Source: Patescibacteria group bacterium (GTDB lineage Bacteria > Omnitrophota > Gorgyraeia > Gygaellales > Profunditerraquicolaceae). Taken from it: DNA of 64,000 nt. The stretch covers positions 2,011 through 66,010 of the forward strand of contig DATJPV010000048.1 of the NCBI GenBank assembly GCA_035506195.1. Direction: 5' to 3'. The first letter of the stretch is position 1. Every line of letters begins with the position of its first letter. Under the pieces are notes generated by a model. That model saw only the letters and a list, made by a program, of their open reading frames with translations. It made no database searches and was not told the origin of the DNA. Positions 1 through 9,520 of this stretch are shown here, in pieces. A program made the position numbers and the translations under genes.

Positions 1-519
1 GGCAGGCTTGCTCAGGTCGAAAGTTTATTCACCCGGTCCATTATCCCGGACCCCAAGGGCAGCCGCGCAAACGCGTTGAGCCCTAAGAATGAACGTGCGT
101 ATAGGACGCTTGCGGTAGTATGCGAGGAAATGGGCAAGCCCGAGCTGGCCAAAGAGTATGCGCAGAAGGCCGGCAAGTTAAGGTCATTGTATTGCGATCC
201 TCTCACGGCCAAAAATTACCGCAGGCTCAAAGAGGTTCTGGACAGAAAGGGCATACGCCTGGTATGCGTGCAGTACCCTCTGCGCAGTATCGAGCCGTTC
301 AGGAGGATCTTCGAAGGCGACGGAGAAGGGGTTATTTTCGTGGACAATGAAAAGATCTTCCGCGACGCCGTTAAGAAAGACGGCTATACCGCATATTTCG
401 TAGATATGTTCGGCGGCGACTTCGGCCACTGCACCCCGAGAGGAAACAGGCTTTTGGCTGAAAACATCGCAAACGCCATTTTGAAAGAGGCGTTTCATAT
501 GCAGAAGGCAGTATTTTAA
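1..519 (+). CDS. 5'-truncated TPR-interrupted SGNH-family protein (C-terminal part)
   Basis: Frame 1 is open from base 1 (GRLAQVESLF...). It has the last TPR-like helix pair, then RLVCVQYP, FVDNEKIF and DFGHCT, as in the paralogs at 3190, 4665 and 7901. Confidence 0.85.
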   Translation, partial: GRLAQVESLFTRSIIPDPKGSRANALSPKNERAYRTLAVVCEEMGKPELAKEYAQKAGKLRSLYCDPLTAKNYRRLKEVLDRKGIRLVCVQYPLRSIEPFRRIFEGDGEGVIFVDNEKIFRDAVKKDGYTAYFVDMFGGDFGHCTPRGNRLLAENIANAILKEAFHMQKAVF

Positions 520-522
520 TCT

Positions 523-1566
523 ATGCGCGGCAAAACAAAAACCGTCCTTTTCTCAATACTATTAGCGGGCCTTGCGTCTGCTTTGGCTTTTCTTTTTTCG
601 GAATACGCATACCGCAGCTACTTGCGTTACCGCTACGAGAAAGAAGCGGCAGCCTTCAGCAGCCCTCTTTATATCATTAAGCCGCACACCCTGATCGAGT
701 TTAGCATGAGGCCTAACAGCAGTAGAGAAAACAGGCTGAGCCTCGCGCAGCCAGACAAAAAGTGGAGTTATTCTATTAATGCTGACGGTTTCCGCGGCAG
801 GAATATCGTGCATACAAGAGCAAAGAATAAAAGGATACTGTTCCTGGGGGATTCCTACACGTTCGGCTGGTCTGTGAATGATGACCAGGCATATCCGCAT
901 CAGCTGGAAAACTTACTGCTTCAAAATAACTACGACGCCGAAATTGTCAACCTTGGCGTCCCCGCGTATAACACGGTTCAGGAATATCAGTTATTATGCC
1001 AGAAGTTGGATGTGTACAATCCGGATGTAGTTATTTTGGCATATGTGATGAATGACGCCGAGCCGCAGAACATTGTTCCTCTTGCCCCGGAAATAAAGTA
1101 TCAATGTGCCTCCTCCTGGCTTTTTGAAGACTTTAAATTGCTTCTTTATAAGGTACATTTCCCTTTTCGCAAGACTTTTCTCAGGTCGAATACCTACTGC
1201 ATAGGGCGTAATTATCTTGAAGGATTCGAGCCCGGGAGTCCGAAATGGAAACTCTCGAAGAATGCGTTGAAGGATATCGTGTCTTTTTGCAGGAAAAAGA
1301 ATATTACATTCTTTGTAGCCATCCTGCCGGATGTTACGCAGGATTTCGTCGGGTGCTACCGTTGGCGCCCAATACATCAGGTTGTCTCGAAATGGTGCGA
1401 AGAGTTTGGGGTCGGCTATATAGATCTCTTGCCTTATTTTGCGGGGATTGACCACAAAGATTTCTGGGTTGCCGGAGAAGGGCACCCTAACCCGCACGCG
1501 CATATGAGATTTGCGCAGATTTTGTTTGACTGCATAAGGAGGAACGCCCTTGCCGGCCCTGGATAA
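523..1566 (+). CDS. Membrane-anchored SGNH/GDSL hydrolase family protein
   Basis: N-terminal TM; FLGDSYT (block I), NLGVPAY (II), YVMND (III), GEGHPN (V). Confidence 0.85.
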   Translation: MRGKTKTVLFSILLAGLASALAFLFSEYAYRSYLRYRYEKEAAAFSSPLYIIKPHTLIEFSMRPNSSRENRLSLAQPDKKWSYSINADGFRGRNIVHTRAKNKRILFLGDSYTFGWSVNDDQAYPHQLENLLLQNNYDAEIVNLGVPAYNTVQEYQLLCQKLDVYNPDVVILAYVMNDAEPQNIVPLAPEIKYQCASSWLFEDFKLLLYKVHFPFRKTFLRSNTYCIGRNYLEGFEPGSPKWKLSKNALKDIVSFCRKKNITFFVAILPDVTQDFVGCYRWRPIHQVVSKWCEEFGVGYIDLLPYFAGIDHKDFWVAGEGHPNPHAHMRFAQILFDCIRRNALAGPG

Positions 1567-2071
1567 CTCCCTTTTTTATTTCATCAACAATGGTTTAAGC
1601 AACGGTTTTCTGAATACCGTCATGCCGTGGCTCAGCAACATGGGAACCCGGGAATTTCTCATCGTCGCCGGCATTGCCCTGCTTTTCGGCAAAGATAGGA
1701 AATTCAAAATAGCCGGCATCACGTTGATCGTAGGGTTGTTTATCTGCCGCAGCGCCGTGTATTCATTAAAAATGTGGATTGCCAGGCCGCGCCCCTTTCT
1801 CGTCCTTGCACACGTACACGTGCTGGCAAAGGAAATGAGCTTTTCTTTCCCCTCCGGGCACAGCACGAACATCTTCATGGCCGCGGCCCTGCTATCGGCG
1901 TATTCCCGGAAATGCCGCTATTTCTATATACTGGCTTTCGTGGTCGGTATTTCCAGGATCTACCTGGGCGTTCACTACCCTTCGGATGTCCTGGGAGGGG
2001 CATTGTTGGGTATTGCATTAGGAGCAGGCCTGGGATGGATAAGCAGAATTGCGCTAAAACAGGAAAGTTGA
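1550..2071 (+). CDS. PAP2-family phosphatase (undecaprenyl-PP/lipid phosphatase-like)
   Basis: KxxxxRPRP, SFPSGH and SRIYLGVHYPSDV motifs; hydrophobic helices. Confidence 0.9.
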   Translation: MPALDNSLFYFINNGLSNGFLNTVMPWLSNMGTREFLIVAGIALLFGKDRKFKIAGITLIVGLFICRSAVYSLKMWIARPRPFLVLAHVHVLAKEMSFSFPSGHSTNIFMAAALLSAYSRKCRYFYILAFVVGISRIYLGVHYPSDVLGGALLGIALGAGLGWISRIALKQES

Positions 2072-2074
2072 TCT

Positions 2075-3190
2075 ATGGAAAGAATAGAGATCACTATCGC
2101 AGGGGCGGGGATTATCGGCCTGGCTGTTGCCTTGGAGCTTTCCCGCAACCATCAGGATATCTTCGTGATAGAGCGGGAATATTCTTTCGGGCAGGGGGTA
2201 AGCTCAAGGAACAGCGAAGTGATCCATGCCGGGATCTATTACCCCAAGGATTCCCTTAAGACGCAAGTATGCGTCGAGGGCAGGCGGATGCTGTATGATT
2301 TTTGCGCAGAGAACCGCATCCCCCACAAAAAAACAGGCAAGCTTATCGTCGCCATCAACGAAACCGAAGCCGGGGACCTGATGGACCTTTTTACGCAAGG
2401 ACAGGCCAACGGCGTAGAGGACCTGCGTTTGCTTTCCAGGGATGAAATAAGAGCGCTAGAACCCCGCGTGCAGGCGCAAGCCGCGATCTATTCTCCTTCC
2501 ACGGGCATCATCGATTCCCACGGCCTGATGAAAAATCTGGCTTCGCAATTCCAGGACAACAAGGGCAACATTACATACAATACAGAAGTCGTGGGGATCG
2601 AAAAAGCCAAAGGCGGTTTCCAGGTTACGGTCAGGGATAAAAGCAAAGAGGCCTTCACATTCTTTACCCGCATTTTTATCAACTCGGCAGGATTATTCTC
2701 GGATAAGATCGCCGTGATGGCCGGCCTGTCGAAGGGTGAATACAAATTGAAATACTGCAAAGGAGACTATTTCCGGGCCCATCCGGCTAAGGCAGGCCTG
2801 ATCAACAGGCTGGTATATCCCGTCCCTAAAAGGAAAGGCGCCGGACTGGGGATACATGCGACGTTGGATCTGGCGGGCGGCCTGCGTTTCGGCCCGGATG
2901 ACGAGTATGTAGAGAAGCTGGATTATAACGTTGACGCATCCAAGTCGAAGGCCTTTCATGAAGCGGTCAGGACGTTCTTGCCTTTCATTGACCGGCAAGA
3001 CCTAAGCCCGGACATGGCAGGTATCCGGCCCAAACTTCAGGGGCCGGGGGAGGGTTTCAGGGATTTTATCATTAAAGACGAAAGCGCCTGCGGCCTTGCC
3101 GGTTTTATAAACCTTATCGGCATCGAGTCCCCGGGGCTTACCGGCGCTTTGTCTATTGCCCGCAAAGTTAAAGGTATGGTCAGGAACTGA
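2075..3190 (+). CDS. FAD-dependent oxidoreductase, L-2-hydroxyglutarate oxidase (LhgO)-like
   Basis: GAGIIG Rossmann motif, SSRNSEVIHAGIYY, GIRPK, GIESPGLT. Confidence 0.85.
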   Translation: MERIEITIAGAGIIGLAVALELSRNHQDIFVIEREYSFGQGVSSRNSEVIHAGIYYPKDSLKTQVCVEGRRMLYDFCAENRIPHKKTGKLIVAINETEAGDLMDLFTQGQANGVEDLRLLSRDEIRALEPRVQAQAAIYSPSTGIIDSHGLMKNLASQFQDNKGNITYNTEVVGIEKAKGGFQVTVRDKSKEAFTFFTRIFINSAGLFSDKIAVMAGLSKGEYKLKYCKGDYFRAHPAKAGLINRLVYPVPKRKGAGLGIHATLDLAGGLRFGPDDEYVEKLDYNVDASKSKAFHEAVRTFLPFIDRQDLSPDMAGIRPKLQGPGEGFRDFIIKDESACGLAGFINLIGIESPGLTGALSIARKVKGMVRN

Positions 3191-4623
3191 TGCCGCTAAA
3201 GAAAAAGATATCCCTGGTTTTGCTAGGGTCATTTGTGTTTTTTATTTTCCTGGAAGCAGGTTTGCGCTTCGGCGGGTTTGTGTTTGTTTCTTTCCAGGAG
3301 TACCGCAACGCGCGTTCTCTGGCGAAAAAAGGTACGTATCGTATACTCTGCCTGGGGGAATCCACCACCGCCAACCAATACCCGCCTTTCCTTGAGCAGA
3401 TCCTGAACCAGCGCCACACGGGAGTACGCTTCAGCGTCATCGACAAGGGCGTCATCGCCACCGATACCCCGGCTATCCTGCGCCGGTTGAGAGAGAACCT
3501 GGCAGCCTACAAGCCGGATATGGTGGTGGCCATGATGGGGTTTAACGACCGGCGCGTTGCCTACTATGCCGATATACCCGAGGTTCGCATGCCTCTGTTC
3601 CAATATTGCAGAACCTACCGGTTGTTGCGGCTGCTTTACAGCCTCCTGATAAAGAAACGGCATCATGCCCCCCAGCCGCAGGATACTCATGCAGATACCG
3701 CGTTAACGGAGGACACGCGGGAACATAACGAGCTTCTTGCCAGAGAGACGGAATCAAAAAGGACGATCGAGTCAGACCCTCAGAACGAAGAAGCGTATAT
3801 AGAGCTGGGAGGCAGCTATCGCCAGCAGGGTAAATTCTCCCAGGCCGAAGAGTCGCTCAGGAAGGCTATTGAGCTGAATCCTCAAAACGAGCGCGCATAC
3901 GTCGAACTGGGGCGGTTGTATCGCGCCGCAGGCAGGTTCTCCCAAGCCGAGGATTTGTACCAGAAGGCCATCGTGCTAAACCCCAAGAATGAGCGGATCT
4001 ATATTGAGTTAGGATGGCTCTATAGGACTCGAGGCAAGCTTTCCCAGGCAGAAGCCGCGTTCAAAAAGGCCATCGAGGCAAACCCTCGCAACGAGCGCAT
4101 GTATGTCGAGTTGGGATGGAGTTATCGGACCCAGGGCAGGTTCTCTCAGGCGGAGGATTTGCTCAAGCAAGCCGTCGCGCTGAAGCCTCTCAACGATGAT
4201 ACTTATGGCGATCGCGCCTACGGAGCTCTCTCGGTCTTATACGAAGAAACGGGTAAACCGGGACTGGCCAGGGCATATGCCGAAAAGGCGGAAGGGTTGC
4301 GGTCGAAGACGCCCAATGCTCTTACGGCTCAGAGCTACCAGAGACTGAAAGATATTTTGGACACACAGGGCATACGCCTGGTATGCGTACAGTATCCCAT
4401 GCGTAACATAGGGCCGTTGAAGGCGATTTTCCGTAGCGGCCAGGAAGGGGTCGTGTTCGTAGACAACGAGAAGATATTCAGGGATGCCCTCAAGAAAGAC
4501 GGATACAACGCATATTTTAGAGACGCATTCGGCGGCGACTTCGGCCACTGCACCGATAAGGGTAATAAGCTCCTGGCGGAAAATATCGCCAACGCCATTC
4601 TTAAAAAGGTATTTCATAAATAG
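3190..4623 (+). CDS. Membrane-anchored SGNH-family protein with internal TPR insert (about 5 repeats)
   Basis: TM, LCLGESTT, DKGV, MMGFND, 34-aa repeats, then DFGHCT. Confidence 0.85.
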   Translation: MPLKKKISLVLLGSFVFFIFLEAGLRFGGFVFVSFQEYRNARSLAKKGTYRILCLGESTTANQYPPFLEQILNQRHTGVRFSVIDKGVIATDTPAILRRLRENLAAYKPDMVVAMMGFNDRRVAYYADIPEVRMPLFQYCRTYRLLRLLYSLLIKKRHHAPQPQDTHADTALTEDTREHNELLARETESKRTIESDPQNEEAYIELGGSYRQQGKFSQAEESLRKAIELNPQNERAYVELGRLYRAAGRFSQAEDLYQKAIVLNPKNERIYIELGWLYRTRGKLSQAEAAFKKAIEANPRNERMYVELGWSYRTQGRFSQAEDLLKQAVALKPLNDDTYGDRAYGALSVLYEETGKPGLARAYAEKAEGLRSKTPNALTAQSYQRLKDILDTQGIRLVCVQYPMRNIGPLKAIFRSGQEGVVFVDNEKIFRDALKKDGYNAYFRDAFGGDFGHCTDKGNKLLAENIANAILKKVFHK

Positions 4624-4648
4624 AGCGCCTATCATTTCGCAGGGGGCA

Positions 4649-4657
4649 TGGTATAAT
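4649..4657 (+). promoter_or_regulatory. Extended -10 promoter (TGGTATAAT), likely leaderless transcript
   Basis: TATAAT at 4652-4657, ATG at 4665, no SD between them. Confidence 0.55.
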
Positions 4658-4664
4658 TTAACAA

Positions 4665-6089
4665 ATGAAACCGCTCAGAACGGAAATATCTCTGCTCATA
4701 TTCGGGCTGTTCTTGTTCCTTCTGCTCCTTGAGGCGGCCTTGCGCCTGGCCGGCTTTGCCTTTTGGTCTTTACAGGAATACAGGAACCTGCAGTCTATGC
4801 GGCAGAAGGGGACCCGGCGTATCATGTGTGTAGGAGAATCTACTACCGCAGGCCAGTACCCTCCTTTTCTGGAAGAAATACTTAATCAGCGCAGCGGCAT
4901 AAAGTTCAGCGTAATCGATAAAGGCGTAGTCGGCACGACAACGTCGGTCATATTGGCTGAATTGGAAGCAAACCTCGATCGCTACCGTCCCGATATGGTA
5001 GTTGCCATGATGGGGATAAACGACTGGGGGCCGCATATCCCTTATGAAGCGGCTACCGCTTCAAAGGCCGCGCTTTTCTTCAGGTCTTTGCGTACGTACA
5101 AGTTGGCCAGGCTCCTGTGGCTGCACATCGTGACTAAAACCAGAGAGGCCGCCGGAACGCCTTCGTATATCGCGCAGGGAATGTGCTATCGCAGCCAGGG
5201 GAAATTTGCTCAGGCCGAAGAGGCCTTCAGGAAGGCCTTGGAAGCGGATCCTAAAAACCGCGATGCGTATCTTATACTCGGGCACCTGTACCGGGAACAA
5301 AGCAAGTTCTCTCAATCGGAAGAGGCCTTCAAGAAGGTCATCGCGCTGAACTATCAGGACGACGGTTTATATATCGGGTTGGGATGGACCTATGAGGGCC
5401 AGGGCAGTTTTGCTCAGGCCGAAGAGGCCTTCAGGAAGGCCATCGAGTTAAACCCCCAAAACGAGGGCGCATACATCGGGCTGGGATGGAGCTATCGCCA
5501 GCAGGGTAAATTCTCCCGGGCGGAGGATGCCTTCAAAAAGGCCGTCGAGTTGAGTCCCAAAAACGACGGCGCGTATGTTGAACTAGGGCTGTCTTATCGA
5601 GCCGAAGGAAAGATTTCCCAGGCCGAAGGCTCGTACAGAAAGGCTATCGAGCTGAACTCTTACAACGACCGCGCGTACGCAGCGCTGGCGGTGGTCTATG
5701 AAGAGACAGGCAGGCCCGCGTTGGCAAAGGAATACGCCAAGAAGGCGGAAGAATTACGATATGCGTATTATGATCCCCGCACGGCGGCCAACTACCGCAA
5801 GCTCAAGGAGATCCTGGATAAAAGAGGCATACGATTTGTATGCGCCCAGTACCCCATGCGCAGCATCGGGCCGCTGAGAAGGATATTCAAGGACCAGGAA
5901 GGCACCATATTCTTTGTGGACAACGAAAAAATATTCAGGGATGCGGTTAAGAAAGACGGCTACAATGCCTATTTCGTAGATATGCTTGGCGGCGATTTCG
6001 GCCATTGCACCCCTAAGGGCAACAGGCTCTTGGCTGAAAATATCGCCGATGCCGTCATGCAAGGCTCATGCGTACATAAAACGCCTTAA
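4665..6089 (+). CDS. Membrane-anchored SGNH-family protein with internal TPR insert (about 6 repeats)
   Basis: TM, MCVGESTT, DKGVVG, MMGIND, TPRs, DFGHCT. Confidence 0.85.
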   Translation: MKPLRTEISLLIFGLFLFLLLLEAALRLAGFAFWSLQEYRNLQSMRQKGTRRIMCVGESTTAGQYPPFLEEILNQRSGIKFSVIDKGVVGTTTSVILAELEANLDRYRPDMVVAMMGINDWGPHIPYEAATASKAALFFRSLRTYKLARLLWLHIVTKTREAAGTPSYIAQGMCYRSQGKFAQAEEAFRKALEADPKNRDAYLILGHLYREQSKFSQSEEAFKKVIALNYQDDGLYIGLGWTYEGQGSFAQAEEAFRKAIELNPQNEGAYIGLGWSYRQQGKFSRAEDAFKKAVELSPKNDGAYVELGLSYRAEGKISQAEGSYRKAIELNSYNDRAYAALAVVYEETGRPALAKEYAKKAEELRYAYYDPRTAANYRKLKEILDKRGIRFVCAQYPMRSIGPLRRIFKDQEGTIFFVDNEKIFRDAVKKDGYNAYFVDMLGGDFGHCTPKGNRLLAENIADAVMQGSCVHKTP

Positions 6090-6102
6090 GCCGAACTTCC
6101 TT

Positions 6103-7035
6103 ATGAAGACAAAATTCCATCAGAGATATCCTCGCTATCTGCCTTTTTATTATATCGTCTTTTTGATCTTGCGAAAGATCATCCGGCAGCGTGCGTTGCG
6201 GCGCTTGGAGGCAAGGACCGCCAAGAGCCCTCTTGCCGGGGAATGCGAGGATGGGCCGGGCCATTGGGCCCGGGAAGATAAACCAAAGAACCCTGTCGGC
6301 GCCATAAATAAAGCCGCATTCTGGATCGACGATGATTTTAAGGAGCCGGCGATCAGGGAGTGTATAGATAACATTGCCGCCTTGAGGGCATCGTTGAATG
6401 CAAGGCGCCTGCGTTATTGCAGCCCGGCCGGGACATTCATTCCGGGAACCTATCTGCCACGCACGTCAAAAACAAAAATGTGGGAAAATGCCTGGGCTAT
6501 CCGTCATCTGGGCGTCAGCCCGACCGATGCAGTGCTTGACCTGGGGGGCGCCTCAACCCTTTTTAGCTTTTATTTAGCCGGTATGGGATGCAGCGTGCGC
6601 GTGATCGATAATGATTGGGGAAACTGCGGGACGATCTATAATACGAATTACGTAGGCAAGAAAATGCATTGGGATATCAGGGCCTACGATCATGACCTGG
6701 CCAGGCCCCTGCCTTTTAAAGACGCTTCTTTCGATGCGGTATTCTCCATATGCGTTTTTGAACATCTTTTCTGCGGGACGAGGCGGCAGGTAATGCGGGA
6801 GATCGGACGGGTGCTCAAACCCGCGGGGAGGCTCGCCCTGACGTTTGATTATGACCCTCCCCGCGCCTGCGGGTTATCCGACAAGGGTTTGCGTTTTGCC
6901 TACAGGGATAAGATCGAGCGCGATATCATTCAGCCTTCCGGCCTAGAGGTCATGGGCAACCAGCAGTGGCTCGACGCCTTTCCTGAGAAGCCATTCTTGG
7001 GAGCGCTGTTTCTCAAAAAGAGGCCCGCGGCATGA
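6103..7035 (+). CDS. Class I SAM-dependent methyltransferase
   Basis: VLDLGG motif I, LPFKDASFDAVFSICVFEH, RVLKPAG. Start placed at the in-frame ATG 6103, after the upstream stop. Confidence 0.8.
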   Translation: MKTKFHQRYPRYLPFYYIVFLILRKIIRQRALRRLEARTAKSPLAGECEDGPGHWAREDKPKNPVGAINKAAFWIDDDFKEPAIRECIDNIAALRASLNARRLRYCSPAGTFIPGTYLPRTSKTKMWENAWAIRHLGVSPTDAVLDLGGASTLFSFYLAGMGCSVRVIDNDWGNCGTIYNTNYVGKKMHWDIRAYDHDLARPLPFKDASFDAVFSICVFEHLFCGTRRQVMREIGRVLKPAGRLALTFDYDPPRACGLSDKGLRFAYRDKIERDIIQPSGLEVMGNQQWLDAFPEKPFLGALFLKKRPAA

Positions 7036-7904
7036 ATAATAAAGAGCTGCCGTTTGCTTCGGTTATTATCTGTACACAGAACAGGAAAGAATACCTCCAG
7101 AATTACTCTCTGCGCACCGCCCTGGAATTGGCATATCCCCGTTACGAGGTGATCGTTGTCGTTGACGGCTCGCAGGATAGCACCGATGATTTTCTTGCTT
7201 CTCTCCAGGGCCGGACAGCTAACCTTAAGGTTGTGCGTCACCCTATTCCCAGAGGGGTAGCGTACGCAAGGCAGGCAGGGGTCCAGCGGGCAGCGGGCCA
7301 GATCATCGCGTTTACCGATGACGACTGTATGTTGGAAAAAAACTGGTTAAAGGAACTGGTGCTTATGTATCTGGAAGATAACGAGCTGATGGCCGCCGGA
7401 GGCCTTACGTATGAGGCGGATACGGATAAGCCCTGCTCATCGCCCGAAGACATATTCGGTTTTAATATGTCTTTTCGCAGGGCCGTTTTCGACAGGTTTT
7501 CCTTTGACGCCAATTTATTTTTCCACAGGGCCCCTATGCACGAAGAGACGGATCTTATCGCAAGGATGCGGCATCACGGCTATAAGACAGGGTATACGAG
7601 AAAGGCGATAGTAAGGCATTTCCCCGCTTCCGCATCATACCGCAGGATCAACAAAAGGATCGGCGATCACCTGAACTGGATTTACATGAAAGCAAAGGCA
7701 ACGTCTTTGCCGCGTTACTACTGCGCGTTTTTCAAGAGATCCCGCCAGATGTATTCCAAGATCAAGGACCTGCATCGGGACGGGGTTATTTCTTTTCTGG
7801 ATACATGGCGCAAGTTAGCTTGGGTTAATTACGTGTTGCTTTTTGAGCTGCCCGTTAAGGCAAAGATTGCCCACAGGCAAGAAGAAAAAAAGCTCAAGAC
7901 ATGA
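7032..7904 (+). CDS. Glycosyltransferase family 2
   Basis: SVIICTQNR, VVDGSQD, FTDDDC, EETD motifs. Confidence 0.88.
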   Translation: MNNKELPFASVIICTQNRKEYLQNYSLRTALELAYPRYEVIVVVDGSQDSTDDFLASLQGRTANLKVVRHPIPRGVAYARQAGVQRAAGQIIAFTDDDCMLEKNWLKELVLMYLEDNELMAAGGLTYEADTDKPCSSPEDIFGFNMSFRRAVFDRFSFDANLFFHRAPMHEETDLIARMRHHGYKTGYTRKAIVRHFPASASYRRINKRIGDHLNWIYMKAKATSLPRYYCAFFKRSRQMYSKIKDLHRDGVISFLDTWRKLAWVNYVLLFELPVKAKIAHRQEEKKLKT

Positions 7905-9520
7905 CGCCGCTGAAAACGAAAATATCACTGATCCTGTTCGGATTCTTGGTGTTTGTCCTTCTTCTTGAGGCAGCCTTGCGCCTGGCAGGGTTTACCTTAT
8001 TGTCTATTCAGGAGCACCGTAACCTGCAATCCCTCAAACATAAGGGATCCTACCGCATCGTGTGTTTGGGCGAGTCTACCACTGTAGGCCAGTATCCGTC
8101 CCTGCTCGAAGAGATCCTCAACCGGCGCAACATCGGCATGCGGTTCAGTGTCATTGACAAGGGGGTAGTGGGCACTACGACCGACGCTATCATGTCTAGG
8201 CTCCTGCCGAACCTTGCCGCTTATACCCCGGATATGGTAATTGCGATGATGGGGGTTAATGATCGGCAGTTGATGTGCTATAAAGGCATTTCTGCTGTAT
8301 ACACAAGGCTATTCTTGCGTTCAAGGGTTTTCCGCCTCATGTTTTTTGTGTATGAGCGTGTTTCCGAAAAAATAAAGGAAGTCGCGGAATCCGGCCGTGG
8401 TTTTAACTATGGCCAGCTGGAGCTATCCGGCCTGCAACAGAGCCCCTTGCCGTATGACGCAGACCCTCAGCCTCAAGATGTCGATACCTGCCTTCGTTTA
8501 GCGCAGGCCTTTTTAAGCCGGGGCAACTTCTCCAGGGCCGAAGGCGCCTTCAGGAAAGCCATAGAGCTTGAATCGCAAAGCGGGCGTGCGCACCGTCAAT
8601 TCGAGCGGTTCCGTCAGAACTATCCGCGCATTGAGGATACGCTCAAGAAAGCCATCACAGCACATCCGCAGGAGGAGGCTGCGTATATAGAACTGGAGTG
8701 GTTGTATGGTAAGCCGGCAGGCCTGGCCCGGGCCGAAGATACGTTTAAAAAACTTATCGCGCTAAACCCCCGAAACGAACACGCCTATATTATGTTAGGT
8801 TCACTGTATGGGAAAGCGCACCAGCTCTCTGGGGCCCAAGAGTTGTTGGAAAAGGCCGTTGCGCTGGCGCCTCAAAACGAGCGCGCATATGTTCCGCTGG
8901 GGCGGAACTACCGAACCCAGGGCAAGTTTGCTTTGGCCGAGGAGGCATTTCAAAAGGCCATCGCACTGAAACCCCAAAACGAGCGCGCATATACGGAGTT
9001 GGGGTGGAGCTACCAGGCCCAGGGCAAGTTCTCGCAAGCCGAGGAGGCATTTCAAAAGGCCGTCGCGCTGAACCCTCAAGACGAGCGTCCGTATGAAGCG
9101 CTCTCGAAAGTATACGAAAATATAAACAAGCCGGAGTTAGGAAGAGCGTATGCTGAAAAAGCGGCTAACTTGAGGGCAAGAAGATTCGAAGCCGGTACCA
9201 TTCAGAACTACCGGAGGCTTAAGGATATCTTAAGCAAAAAGGGTATACGCCTGGTTTGCGTCCAGTATCCCCTGCGTCCCGTGGGGGCATTACAAGAAAT
9301 ATTCCAGGGCCGCGCAGAAGGGATCGTTTTTGTAGATAATGAGCGGATATTTAAAGACGCCGTTGAAAAAGACGGCTATGATGTGTATTTCGATGATACG
9401 TTCGCAGGCGATTTCGGCCACTGCACCGCTAAGGGCAACCGGCTTTTAGCTGAAAATATCGCCGATACGATCGTGCGTCGGGTATTTACTCCTGATCATG
9501 CATCCCATGCCGCGTTTTAA
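7901..9520 (+). CDS. Membrane-anchored SGNH-family protein with internal TPR insert (about 7 repeats)
   Basis: TM, VCLGESTT, DKGVVG, MMGVND, TPRs, DFGHCT. Confidence 0.85.
   Translation: MTPLKTKISLILFGFLVFVLLLEAALRLAGFTLLSIQEHRNLQSLKHKGSYRIVCLGESTTVGQYPSLLEEILNRRNIGMRFSVIDKGVVGTTTDAIMSRLLPNLAAYTPDMVIAMMGVNDRQLMCYKGISAVYTRLFLRSRVFRLMFFVYERVSEKIKEVAESGRGFNYGQLELSGLQQSPLPYDADPQPQDVDTCLRLAQAFLSRGNFSRAEGAFRKAIELESQSGRAHRQFERFRQNYPRIEDTLKKAITAHPQEEAAYIELEWLYGKPAGLARAEDTFKKLIALNPRNEHAYIMLGSLYGKAHQLSGAQELLEKAVALAPQNERAYVPLGRNYRTQGKFALAEEAFQKAIALKPQNERAYTELGWSYQAQGKFSQAEEAFQKAVALNPQDERPYEALSKVYENINKPELGRAYAEKAANLRARRFEAGTIQNYRRLKDILSKKGIRLVCVQYPLRPVGALQEIFQGRAEGIVFVDNERIFKDAVEKDGYDVYFDDTFAGDFGHCTAKGNRLLAENIADTIVRRVFTPDHASHAAF

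Noticed and set aside
5986-6102. N-terminal extensions in the ORF track (also 18869, 21696, 22445, 32860, 33380, 34095, 39041, 40904, 48814, 57520)
   Set aside because: They overlap upstream genes or promoters; downstream ATGs fit RBS position and family N-termini better.
340-9470. Similar C-terminal DNA segments of the SGNH-TPR paralogs as a DGR template/variable pair
   Set aside because: Differences are mostly synonymous and not adenine-specific, all copies are coding, and no reverse transcriptase is in the window.
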